From contig JASMDC010000018.1 of the NCBI GenBank assembly GCA_030753015.1, forward strand, positions 1 to 64,000: a stretch of 64,000 nt of DNA. The letters run 5' to 3'. Under the pieces are notes generated by a model. The model was not told the DNA's origin and made no database searches. It saw only the letters and a list, made by a program, of their open reading frames with translations. This stretch comes from Candidatus Undinarchaeales archaeon (GTDB lineage: Archaea; SpSt-1190; JASMDC01). Positions 48,446 through 57,605 of this stretch are shown here, in pieces. The position numbers and the translations under genes were made by a program. The number at the start of each line of letters is the position of its first letter. Position 1 is the stretch's first letter.

Positions 48446-48904
48446 GTGGAGTGCGAGATTTGCGGACGTCAGATGCACCGAGGCGAGCGTATTCGCCTTG
48501 AGGGTGCTACCGTCACCGTGTGCAGGGACTGCGCCTCCATGGGAACCCGCATGGGCCCTGCCTACGAGCCGCGCCCGGTCGAGCGTTCCGTGAAGCGAAC
48601 TCCCGACCGGCGCAAGCCCGAGGAGGAGATAGTCCCAGAATGTGCCTCACGGGTGCACCTAGCCCGCGAACGGCTAGGCATCACACAGAAAGAGCTCGCT
48701 GAGCGTCTCAACGAGAAGGAGTCGGTGATAACCCGTATCGAGACCGGACGTATGGTGCCGCCGATCTCCCTGGCCCATCGCCTCGAACGGAAGCTGGAGA
48801 TAACCCTGGTGGCCGTGCTCGAAGAGGAGGATGTCGGTCCCCTAAAGAGCCATGACGCCCCGCTCACCCTCGGGGACGTTGTCAAGGTCCGGAAGCGCGG
48901 CTGA
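48446..48904 (+). CDS. Archaeal multiprotein bridging factor aMBF1
   Basis: CEICG...VC.DC zinc ribbon, a Cro-type HTH (TQKELAERLNEKESVITRIE) and a TLGD motif. Confidence 0.93.
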   Translation: MECEICGRQMHRGERIRLEGATVTVCRDCASMGTRMGPAYEPRPVERSVKRTPDRRKPEEEIVPECASRVHLARERLGITQKELAERLNEKESVITRIETGRMVPPISLAHRLERKLEITLVAVLEEEDVGPLKSHDAPLTLGDVVKVRKRG

Positions 48905-48908
48905 ACCT

Positions 48909-51900
48909 ATGGCGAAAGCTTGGAGCAACAGCCGTGGGAAGGTCATCCTGCTCGGCCTTGGAATGACCATCTTAATCCTGACGAGCTTCTATCTCAACCA
49001 CTACCTTCCGTTCAAGCAACAGATGCTCCATCTGGCATGGAAGGGCACGATCCTGGACGGTAGTGTCGAGTCCGTGAGTGTGCTTGGAGCGGAAGTACCT
49101 GTCGGAGGCGGTACATTCATGCGTCAGGTCACCTTGGCCGTAAATGGCATGGCCCTCTGGACGCTGGTGTCGTGGCTTGCGTTCTTCCACTTCGATCCAG
49201 GGCTCATGCTCCTTCTCTGGGGCACTTGGCAGTTCTCCTTCCCGGTCGGACTGGGACTGCTCACACTGTGGGCGCTGGTGAGCACGCGTCTTGAGCGCTT
49301 CGAGCAGCGGGACGGACTCCTACATCATCTTCACATCCTATCCTTCAGGTACGTGCCCCTCTTCCTAGTGCTCCCATGGGCGCTGGCCTGTTTGATGATA
49401 CGGAAGCGAACCCCGGACCGCGCACCGTTCGAGGACCCCGTGGTCAGGGAGGTCATCGATCTATCCCGGTACCACGTTCCCGTCATGGTGTTCTACTCGC
49501 TGGCCATCCTCATGCTCGTGTTCGGCATGATGGGTGGAGTACGGTCCGTGGTGGCGGCCTCCGGCGACCTCCACGGCATGCTTGACCTGCCCGAAGCGCG
49601 AAGGTACTACCTCACCGGGTTCGCTCTCGAGGCACGAGAGAACGGATTCGAGCTCCTCCCTGATCCCGGTGCGCTCCGCGAGATAGCCGTGCTCCATCTG
49701 GCTCCCATCCTCACAAAGGAGCACCTTCCGGCCGAGTACGTATCCCTCATGGGTCTCGTCGGCTTGGAGGCGGGGCAGTTCGACCATGCTCGATACACTG
49801 AACTGGTAACTGACAACGCCCTGTTCTTCACCTTCGTGGGCCCGCTCCTCACTCCGCTCGTGGCCCAGGTGGTCTCTACTTTGCTCTACTTCGCGTTCAT
49901 CTGGCTGGTGCTGCCCCGGCGGACCGATGCGTCCGTGTTCTCCTCGACAGCACGCGCGCTGTTCACCATCCTCATCGCCTGGCTGGCCCTCTCTACCGTG
50001 AACTTCTGCCTGCGAACACTGGTGGGCGACATCGGAGTGGCCACTGCACCGACGAACCTTCTTACCGTCATCACCCTCATGGTCCGCTGGGTGGTCGTGC
50101 TCGGTGGGATGCTGGTGGCCTATGCCGTGCTCAGGCTCGACATCGCCAAGACCCTCGTTAACGGACTGGCCCCGGTCTCTGGGAGCAAGGACGGCGCCCG
50201 GGCCGCGATGCTGGTAGCGGTGGCGGTCGCGCTCATAGCAGGGCTGATCGTGGTGTTCACCATGCTCGCACCGGTGCTCGATCGTCTCGTGCTCTCGCCC
50301 ATGAACAATCAGGTCCAGAGCCATCCGGAGCTCTATTATGACACCCTCATCCGAGCGGGGCTGGGCATCAACCGGTACCTTGCAGACATCCCTGCCGATA
50401 GCGTCCAAGTACGCGACCTCGGGGGCGAGGCACTTCGACAGAACCTCCGGTTCCAGGACAACTTCATTAATACCAACGCAGACATGCTCTCCACAGTCCG
50501 CCTGTGGGACCGTGAGCGTGCCCGTGTGCGAACCGATCGCAACATGGGCGAGGTACCGTACCTCGACATCGGGAACGAGGATTTCCTGGTGCGTGAGGAG
50601 AATGGTCGGATGGCCCCCTTCTGGGCCGTTGAGCTCCCTCTTCGGCGGGACAAGGTGACGGACGGTGACTTCTACAACAACCACCAGTTCTACACACACT
50701 CCGATCAGGGCTTCATGACGCTGGACGCCAACACGGGCCACGGTATAGAGAACGCGTACCCCGAGGACCAGATGTACTACGGAGTCCACGAGGATTTCGC
50801 TCTCTTGGAGAGCTACCTGACCGAGGAGAATGTGACAGAGGTCGGAGACGTCACGTACGAGGGTAAAGGCCTCGAGGTTACCGTTCCTGACGTGTTCTTC
50901 TACGACGCCCACTACATCGGATTATTACCGAACGCCCTACGTCGGTGGCGAGTACCGTCGGACGAGACCTTCTACTGGCGATGGGCCGAAGCAATCGACC
51001 GGGGGGACATTTCCGGATTCAAGCTCCTGCTCATGCGCCGGTTGGACCTGCGGCTGCGCAACCTTCTACCCGTGCTGGCCACGACCGAACCCTTCGACAT
51101 CAAGGGCAACGATCCCTATCCCATTACATATCGCGGGGGCACCTGGTTCCTCATGCACGGATTCATCGCACTCGATCCGTCCCTCATCCCCCTCACCCGT
51201 ATGGAGGTCACCGGTGGTGTGGGCTCCCGCAATCCTGTCGAAGCGTACGCCCGGTACACTGTTATCGCACTGGGAAACATCTACACGGGGGAGATCGAGC
51301 TCTACGCGCCCTTCGATGACCGGCTCTCCCAGCTCCTACGCACCGTGTATCCTGACCTCGGCCGGGAGCTCCCTGACGAGGTCCGGCGCCAGCTCCGATA
51401 TCCCAAGCAGTACCTCACCTGGCGCGCCCACAAGCACTTCGACAACCATCCCATGCCCGAGGACTACTACAAGGGGCTGGACTTCTTCAAGTCCGATCCT
51501 TCGCAGGAGACGATTTACTACACTCCGTTCCAGATGGACGATGGTGCCACGGAGTTCGTGGGCATCCTTCCGGCGTTGCTCGACAAGGGAGCGGCCCAGA
51601 CGCAGACCGAGACCGGGCTCGTTGGATTGTACGTGGTGCGCAACTCCTTCCTCCGGGACGACCTGGAGCATTTCGGAGATATCGTGCTCTACCGCTTCCC
51701 CAAGTCCGGTGGGGACGAAGGCGGCTGGCTCTTCTACTCGTACCAGGCCATCGAGCGCAACTACAAGGGCGATGCCCGTTACCAGGAATGGGCACGTCTG
51801 AAGGAGAGCGAGACGCTCAAGCCAGGCAACATGCTCCTCTATCGCATCGGCCGACATTGGATCTATATCCGGCCTATCTATCTGGAGACCGGAAAGGGCA

Positions 51901-52277
51901 TCACACGTCTCGAGAAGGTCGTTGCCATGCTCGGCTCCTACCAGGTGAACGCCACACGGGACGAGTATCGGGTCGGTTTCGGCGATGATCTCCATGGCGC
52001 CCTGCGCGACCTCATGACGACGACAGTTGTCCCCTCGACAACGGAACCGGAACCGAACGTCACGATACCCCCGCCATCACACCCCTCGACAACTGATGAC
52101 GATGTGGCCGAGGCCTTGACCGCACTTAAGTCCCTGGTGGACGAGAAGGTAGAGTGCCTGCGCGCCAACGACCTGGTGTGCGCCATGGCGGTCGAGGCAC
52201 GGATGACGGAGGCCGAGGCCCGGTTGGCGGAACTGTTCGCACGCAATCGCACGGGAGGTGGTACGGATGCCGCGTAA
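48909..52277 (+). CDS. UPF0182 family membrane protein
   Basis: Many N-terminal TM helices, then VRLWD, H.FYTH, YYG, DPYP, QLRYP and YIRPIYL motifs. Confidence 0.8.
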   Translation: MAKAWSNSRGKVILLGLGMTILILTSFYLNHYLPFKQQMLHLAWKGTILDGSVESVSVLGAEVPVGGGTFMRQVTLAVNGMALWTLVSWLAFFHFDPGLMLLLWGTWQFSFPVGLGLLTLWALVSTRLERFEQRDGLLHHLHILSFRYVPLFLVLPWALACLMIRKRTPDRAPFEDPVVREVIDLSRYHVPVMVFYSLAILMLVFGMMGGVRSVVAASGDLHGMLDLPEARRYYLTGFALEARENGFELLPDPGALREIAVLHLAPILTKEHLPAEYVSLMGLVGLEAGQFDHARYTELVTDNALFFTFVGPLLTPLVAQVVSTLLYFAFIWLVLPRRTDASVFSSTARALFTILIAWLALSTVNFCLRTLVGDIGVATAPTNLLTVITLMVRWVVVLGGMLVAYAVLRLDIAKTLVNGLAPVSGSKDGARAAMLVAVAVALIAGLIVVFTMLAPVLDRLVLSPMNNQVQSHPELYYDTLIRAGLGINRYLADIPADSVQVRDLGGEALRQNLRFQDNFINTNADMLSTVRLWDRERARVRTDRNMGEVPYLDIGNEDFLVREENGRMAPFWAVELPLRRDKVTDGDFYNNHQFYTHSDQGFMTLDANTGHGIENAYPEDQMYYGVHEDFALLESYLTEENVTEVGDVTYEGKGLEVTVPDVFFYDAHYIGLLPNALRRWRVPSDETFYWRWAEAIDRGDISGFKLLLMRRLDLRLRNLLPVLATTEPFDIKGNDPYPITYRGGTWFLMHGFIALDPSLIPLTRMEVTGGVGSRNPVEAYARYTVIALGNIYTGEIELYAPFDDRLSQLLRTVYPDLGRELPDEVRRQLRYPKQYLTWRAHKHFDNHPMPEDYYKGLDFFKSDPSQETIYYTPFQMDDGATEFVGILPALLDKGAAQTQTETGLVGLYVVRNSFLRDDLEHFGDIVLYRFPKSGGDEGGWLFYSYQAIERNYKGDARYQEWARLKESETLKPGNMLLYRIGRHWIYIRPIYLETGKGITRLEKVVAMLGSYQVNATRDEYRVGFGDDLHGALRDLMTTTVVPSTTEPEPNVTIPPPSHPSTTDDDVAEALTALKSLVDEKVECLRANDLVCAMAVEARMTEAEARLAELFARNRTGGGTDAA

Positions 52278-52764
52278 GCGCAAGGACGAGGAGGAGATGC
52301 CGCCCTTCGTTCCCCTTGGTCGGGATGAGGAGGAAGTGCCCGGGATCCGTGTATTGGTCGAGGAGGACGGGAGCTACCGCGCAGGACCACGACGTGGTAA
52401 GAAGAGCTCGTCCGGTCCGAAGCCCGGTGAGGACCGCCCCCGACGGTCCTCGGACGGAGGTGGTGGGTCTGGCCCGGTGCTCACCCTCCTTGGGCTGTTC
52501 CTATTTGTGAATGTTGTGTCCTACATGGCAGTATCCGTCCTGTACGCGCCCTTGCTCGGCCAGGACCCCTGGGTACTGATGCTCCTTGCGCTCGTCCTCA
52601 CGGTGGTGCTCGCCCGGACGGTGATAGACGCCGCGAAGCATGCTCTCGCGGCCCTGGTCGCCGGTGTGCAGCGCTTCCAGAAGGAGAGAGAAGAGGTGAC
52701 CCGGCAGCGCAGGATGAACCAGTTCTTCCGCCAGGGCGGGTTCGATAACGGATTCGATAGGTGA
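52267..52764 (+). CDS. Hypothetical membrane protein
   Basis: Charged N-terminus and two TM helices; overlaps the stop of the UPF0182 gene. Confidence 0.65.
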   Translation: MPRKRKDEEEMPPFVPLGRDEEEVPGIRVLVEEDGSYRAGPRRGKKSSSGPKPGEDRPRRSSDGGGGSGPVLTLLGLFLFVNVVSYMAVSVLYAPLLGQDPWVLMLLALVLTVVLARTVIDAAKHALAALVAGVQRFQKEREEVTRQRRMNQFFRQGGFDNGFDR

Positions 52765-52787
52765 TTGCGTCCCATCGGTGCGGGGAT

Positions 52788-53141
52788 TCACTCGCGAGGC
52801 AATACTCCCTTTAGCACGCCCAGAGCGAGGAGATAGGCGGCAACGCCGAGCCCAAGACCGACGAGGACGTTCCATACATTTCCCTCCCAGGTGCTGGATG
52901 AGCGGGAGGCTTCTCTCACACAATAGTTACTGACACAGATATGACCTATAGGACAACCGCAGTCAGTGCAACAGGTCTTGTACGTCTCGCCCTGGCTGCA
53001 CTGCAGGTCACCGCACACCGTCGGTGGTGACGCGGTGACCAACGATTCCGCTGGACTGACGTCCGCCAAGCACGATCGCAGGACGAGCATGGAGATCACG
53101 ATGACGAGGATCCATGCTCGGGTTCGACGTTCCGACCTCAC
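52788..53141 (-). CDS. Small Cys-rich membrane-anchored protein
   Basis: Signal peptide, CGDLQCSQGETYKTCCTDCGCPIGHICVSNYC and a C-terminal TM helix. Confidence 0.8.
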   Translation of the reverse strand: MRSERRTRAWILVIVISMLVLRSCLADVSPAESLVTASPPTVCGDLQCSQGETYKTCCTDCGCPIGHICVSNYCVREASRSSSTWEGNVWNVLVGLGLGVAAYLLALGVLKGVLPRE

Positions 53142-53228
53142 CTACGAGGAGCTCATCGACGTAATATTAAGGTTTCATCCCTTGCACGACGGGCGCACGA
53201 CTACGTTGAACCGATTCGAAATGATAAC

Positions 53229-53259
53229 GAATATATAACAAATGTATATTCAATTGTTA
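53229..53259. promoter_or_regulatory. Overlapping inverted repeats, candidate RHH operator
   Basis: GAATATA-n9-TATATTC (53229-53251) and TAACAA-n12-TTGTTA (53236-53259), immediately before the RHH gene. Confidence 0.5.
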
Positions 53260-53260
53260 C

Positions 53261-53566
53261 ATGAGCCGAACCAGCGTCCTCCATCTCCGTATCCCCCGGG
53301 GTCTCGTGGACGACATGGACCGGACGATCTTGCGGATAGGTCGATGGGCTGGCCGGACCGAGTTCGTACGCGATGCATGTCGTCGTCTCGTGGAGCAGCT
53401 CGAAACGCCATCGCAACCCCCGGGACAGGTTCATGAGCGCGAGGAGCCGATAACGAGCACGGACCGGCAGGAGGGGACCTCCGTGTGGCACGAGGCCATG
53501 GAGGAGGCTGATGGGGACGAGGGGGAAGCGAAGCTCATACTTGACGAGGAGCTGAGCGGTCTCTAA
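53261..53566 (+). CDS. RHH transcription regulator with C-terminal UBA/NAC-like helix bundle
   Basis: VLHLRIPRGLVDDMD...RTEFVRDACRRL; C-terminal EAMEEADGDEGEAKLIL. Confidence 0.75.
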   Translation: MSRTSVLHLRIPRGLVDDMDRTILRIGRWAGRTEFVRDACRRLVEQLETPSQPPGQVHEREEPITSTDRQEGTSVWHEAMEEADGDEGEAKLILDEELSGL

Positions 53567-53687
53567 TGAGAGCAGGACGATATACTATCCTCGGGCTATC
53601 GTGATGGTCCGATATACACAGCTTCCTAGCAACAGCGCGCCGCCCCCGTCCTAACCCTTTTATTTTCTACGCTCCTGCTGCGGAGAC

Positions 53688-55268
53688 ATGGGCACTCGCG
53701 TTCCCCCACAAGGGGGCGTCACCAGTTCGGGACGGACCGTGACCATGGTCGTCCTCATCGCTCTCCTCCTGAGCGTCTCGTGTGCCCTGGCGGCGAACGA
53801 CACCGTCCATATCCACGTCTTCTACGGTGAGGGCTGCCCCCATTGTCGGGATGAAAAGCCATTCCTGGACTACCTTGAGGAGACCTATCCTTCGCTGGAG
53901 GTCCACCTGTACGAGACTTGGAGCGATCCGAAGAACGCGGAACTGTACCAGAAGGTCGCGGCCAGCTATAACGGAGAGGCCCGGGGAGTGCCTGGCACCT
54001 TCATCGGAGAGCACTTCATGATCGGGTACGGCTCTGCAACCACTTCGGGAAAGCAGCTGGAGGGCTACGTCAAGGAATGTCTTGAGAAGGGATGCGTAGA
54101 CCCATTCGTGAAGGCGGGGATCACCACCGCAACGACGCCCGGTGGCTACCCGGACCTGAGCGGTGTGGACGTCTGTCTGGTCGTCTTCCTGAACATGACC
54201 TGCGCTCCCTGTGAACGCCTCCTACCCTTCCTGGAGGAACTGGAAACGCGGTACAACATCAACATCACGACCTACGAGGTCAACAATCCGCTCGGGAACG
54301 CCATCTACAAGGACTATCGCCGGCGCCACGGTATCAAGGAAGTGGGTTTCCCCCTAGCGTTCATCTCAGGTTATTACCTCATGGGCGAGGGCCTCATCCG
54401 CGACCACCTCCCCTCACTGCTGGAGGGCTGCTTAACCGAGTCCTGTATGTGCTCCGCAGGGAATATCGTACCGATCACTCCCGGCATACCCGATCCTATT
54501 GATGTTGATCCGCCAGAAAAAATTCATGTATGCCTCCCCTTCTTGGGTTGCATAAATACGCAGAACGCCTTCCTCCCGGTCCTCACCGTTGCGATCGCCC
54601 TTGTGGACGGCGTGAACCCGTGCACCATGTGGGTGCTCTCCTTCCTCCTGTCCATGCTCTTCTACGCCCGATCGCGCAGGCGCATCATCATGGTGGGCCT
54701 GGTCTATCTCGTGACCGTGTTCACGGTGTACTTCGTGTTCATGGCCGCTTGGCTGAACACCTTCCTCTATATCGGCTACATCGACTGGATACGCAATTCC
54801 ATCGGCCTCATCGCCGTTGTAGCGGGTCTTATCAACATCAAGGACTTCTTCTGGTTCGGTAAGGGCATCTCGCTGGTCATCCCACAGCGGTTCAAGCCCT
54901 TTCTTATGCGTCAGATGCGTAACCTTACCAAGGCCGAAGGCTGGCCCCTCCTCAGCGGGACTGTGTTCATGGCCGCGTCCGCCAGCCTCATCGAGCTCCC
55001 ATGCACCGCCGGGTTCCCGGTCATCTACACGCAGATCCTGACCCAGCAGGGCTTCTCCGGCGTGAGCTACTACCTCTACCTTGTGCTCTACAACCTCGTC
55101 TACATAATCCCCGACGCCTGCGTGCTGGCGGTGTTCCTAGTCTTCATGGAACGCAACCGTAAGATCACAGAGCGGGAGGGGCGATGGATGAAGCTCGCAG
55201 GCGGTTCGATCATGCTCGTCCTCGGTCTCATCATGCTCTTCAAGCCCGATATGCTGATGTTAGGGTAG
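53688..55268 (+). CDS. Two thioredoxin/glutaredoxin domains fused to a DsbD/CcdA-type transmembrane domain
   Basis: Signal peptide; CPHC...GVP and CAPC...GFP thioredoxin folds; membrane cysteines DGVNPC and ELPCTAG. Confidence 0.88.
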   Translation: MGTRVPPQGGVTSSGRTVTMVVLIALLLSVSCALAANDTVHIHVFYGEGCPHCRDEKPFLDYLEETYPSLEVHLYETWSDPKNAELYQKVAASYNGEARGVPGTFIGEHFMIGYGSATTSGKQLEGYVKECLEKGCVDPFVKAGITTATTPGGYPDLSGVDVCLVVFLNMTCAPCERLLPFLEELETRYNINITTYEVNNPLGNAIYKDYRRRHGIKEVGFPLAFISGYYLMGEGLIRDHLPSLLEGCLTESCMCSAGNIVPITPGIPDPIDVDPPEKIHVCLPFLGCINTQNAFLPVLTVAIALVDGVNPCTMWVLSFLLSMLFYARSRRRIIMVGLVYLVTVFTVYFVFMAAWLNTFLYIGYIDWIRNSIGLIAVVAGLINIKDFFWFGKGISLVIPQRFKPFLMRQMRNLTKAEGWPLLSGTVFMAASASLIELPCTAGFPVIYTQILTQQGFSGVSYYLYLVLYNLVYIIPDACVLAVFLVFMERNRKITEREGRWMKLAGGSIMLVLGLIMLFKPDMLMLG

Positions 55269-55276
55269 GTGGGACC

Positions 55277-56053
55277 ATGGCGATGGAAGAGCTCTATGGT
55301 GCCCGTGTGTACGGACCTGTACGCTCCCGGCGCCTAGGTTCTTCGCTCGGTGTGGACATCCTGCCACCGCACACATGTACCTTCGACTGCGTGTACTGTC
55401 AGCTGGGGGGGACGCAGCACCTCGTGTCATCGGCCGATGAGGCCCCCGGCCGCTTTCCCACGACCGATGAGATCGTGGCAGCGGTGCAGCGGGTATTGGA
55501 TGATATTCCTGAACTGGACTACATCACCATGTCAGGCCGGGGCGAGCCGATGCTCTCGCCATATCTTGGCGACGTCGTCACACGGATACGCGACATCACC
55601 GACGTGCCGCTCGCCCTCATCACCAACGCCACTCTCCTTGTCTCCCCTGCCGCCCGGAGTACGGCCTCGCGATTCGATCTGGTGGTCCCGTCACTGGACG
55701 CCGCGACCGACGAGGGTATCGCACGTGTCAACCGGCCTGCTACAGGATTCCGTGTCGAGGACATCATCGCGGGCATCGCGGAGGTGGCACGCTCGTCGGC
55801 CACGGTGTGGCTGGAGATCATGTTCGTGCGCTCTGACGAGGGGCCTTCGAACGTCGACGACGCGTCCATCGATGCCCTGGTGGCCGCCGCCAAAAGGATA
55901 GGGCCTGAACGAGTGGATGTCAACACATGCGTCAGACGACCGGCGAAGGAGTTTGTCCACGCGCTCTCACAGGAAGAGCTTGAGACCATCGCCGAGCGTT
56001 TCAGGACCGCGGACCTGCCCGTGCTTGTGGTGCCCGACAGGCCCGCCGGGTGA
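55277..56053 (+). CDS. Radical SAM protein (COG0731 / TYW1-related)
   Basis: YGPVRSRRLGSSLG, CTFDCVYCQLG, GEP, ITN and SLDA. Confidence 0.9.
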   Translation: MAMEELYGARVYGPVRSRRLGSSLGVDILPPHTCTFDCVYCQLGGTQHLVSSADEAPGRFPTTDEIVAAVQRVLDDIPELDYITMSGRGEPMLSPYLGDVVTRIRDITDVPLALITNATLLVSPAARSTASRFDLVVPSLDAATDEGIARVNRPATGFRVEDIIAGIAEVARSSATVWLEIMFVRSDEGPSNVDDASIDALVAAAKRIGPERVDVNTCVRRPAKEFVHALSQEELETIAERFRTADLPVLVVPDRPAG

Positions 56054-56089
56054 AGGTTTATAAATTATCTACGATGACCGACACAAAGG

Positions 56090-56458
56090 ATGGCCACGGT
56101 CAAGAAGATGCTCGAGAAGGTGCTCGACGGCCTCCGGTCCGTGGGTGACATCGAGGCATCCGCCATCGTCTCCCGGGACGGACTTCTCATGGCATCTGAT
56201 ATGGCCACAGGTATCAACGCTGAGACCTTTGCGGCCATGTCCGCCACCATGCTGGGTGCAGCTGAGACCGCTGCCACCGAACTGGGGCGTGGCCTTCCTG
56301 ACCGTATCATCGTCGAGTCGGAGGAGACGAAACTCATCGCTATCGGTACCGGCCCCAAAGCGCTCCTTGTGGTCATGACCTCCCCCGAGGCGGGGCTGGG
56401 TCTCGTCCTCATTGAGTTGGAGAAAGCGGCCGATAAGATCAAGATGATCCTGGAGTGA
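56090..56458 (+). CDS. Roadblock/LC7 domain protein
   Basis: SAIVSRDGLLMAS, FAAMSATMLGAAE and LGLVLIEL. Confidence 0.92.
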   Translation: MATVKKMLEKVLDGLRSVGDIEASAIVSRDGLLMASDMATGINAETFAAMSATMLGAAETAATELGRGLPDRIIVESEETKLIAIGTGPKALLVVMTSPEAGLGLVLIELEKAADKIKMILE

Positions 56459-56465
56459 TTACACA

Positions 56466-57002
56466 ATGCAAATGGACCAGCATACCATCCAGCGTACCTT
56501 CGCTCTCTCGCTCATCGTTTTCGTTATCTTCGCACTGTTCATCCTCCAGGCCAGGCCGTTGGCGACCCTGTCCTCGCTCTCGGGCCAGTTCGAGCTCCTT
56601 GCAGGAGTGCTGGGCATGCTCGGTGAGCTCATCGCCGTGTATGTTGTGTGGCGCATGTACCAGTACCTGGAGGACACCGAGTTCGGTCGTGTCGCGCTCC
56701 TAGGGGGCTGCGGGCTCGTCTACCTCGCCATCGCATCCGTGTTCAGCACGCTCGGGCTTCTGGACGCTGTGGGAGTTGTCCTGCCAGAACTGGCACGCCA
56801 GCTCGTGAGCGTGGGGACGACCTACTTCACCCTCTTCAAGGGCGCCTTCATCCTCCTGGGATTCATTGAGCTCCAGAGGTTCCTCAAGAGCCCCCAGGCG
56901 CTCCCCAGCCTGCTCCTGGCCTTCAAGCGGATGCTGGAGACCGAGTCTGGGCGCACGGTGGACATCTGCGAGCCGTGCGATGACGAGAAGAAGGACGAAT
57001 AG
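56466..57002 (+). CDS. Hypothetical four-TM membrane protein
   Basis: Hydrophobic helices; 7 nt after the roadblock gene. Confidence 0.7.
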   Translation: MQMDQHTIQRTFALSLIVFVIFALFILQARPLATLSSLSGQFELLAGVLGMLGELIAVYVVWRMYQYLEDTEFGRVALLGGCGLVYLAIASVFSTLGLLDAVGVVLPELARQLVSVGTTYFTLFKGAFILLGFIELQRFLKSPQALPSLLLAFKRMLETESGRTVDICEPCDDEKKDE

Positions 57003-57013
57003 GACTCTCGCCA

Positions 57014-57478
57014 CTAGCTGAACGTGCAGCTATTATCCTTGCACATGCAAGCGGATACCGTAGAGCTCTTCTTCAGGCACGCTGTCTGGTCGACACACAC
57101 GTTCCCCTCGAGGCTGTCGAAGTTCATACAGGACCATTCGCTGTCACAGCACCGCGGGACGCAGCGACTGTTCTCATCGCAGGTCCGGTACTTGGTCGTG
57201 TCCTCGGGCATGTACTTGGCGGCATAGATGATGACGCCCGAGAGCACGAGGATGACGAAGACGGACAGTAGGGCGACGAGCCAGAAGTGCCCTCCCTCTT
57301 CCTCCTCCTCCTCCGGGGCCGCCGCCTCGGGAGCGGGCTGCTGCTGTTGCTGCGCCGGGTAGCCCTGCTGATTATTGGTGTTGTAGCCGTAGACCTGGCT
57401 GTAGTACTGGGGGTAGGACTGCTGACCGTAGGGGGACGGGGACAAATAGGGCTGTTGTTGCTGGTCAGCGGGCGTCAT
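57014..57478 (-). CDS. Type II membrane protein with Q/Y-rich N-terminus and Cys-cluster C-terminus
   Basis: Low-complexity QQQQPY...YGQQSYPQYY, one TM helix and a 10-Cys C-terminal domain. Confidence 0.75.
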   Translation of the reverse strand: MTPADQQQQPYLSPSPYGQQSYPQYYSQVYGYNTNNQQGYPAQQQQQPAPEAAAPEEEEEEGGHFWLVALLSVFVILVLSGVIIYAAKYMPEDTTKYRTCDENSRCVPRCCDSEWSCMNFDSLEGNVCVDQTACLKKSSTVSACMCKDNSCTFS

Positions 57479-57605
57479 AGATCCAACCTACGCCTCGGCC
57501 AGCCCATGGGGCTCACCTTAACGGAAATGGATGATACCATCACAGTAAAAAACCCTACCCTTCGCACGGGTGCCGTCTCGGTACCGCTTCCGTCCTAAGG
57601 GGATG

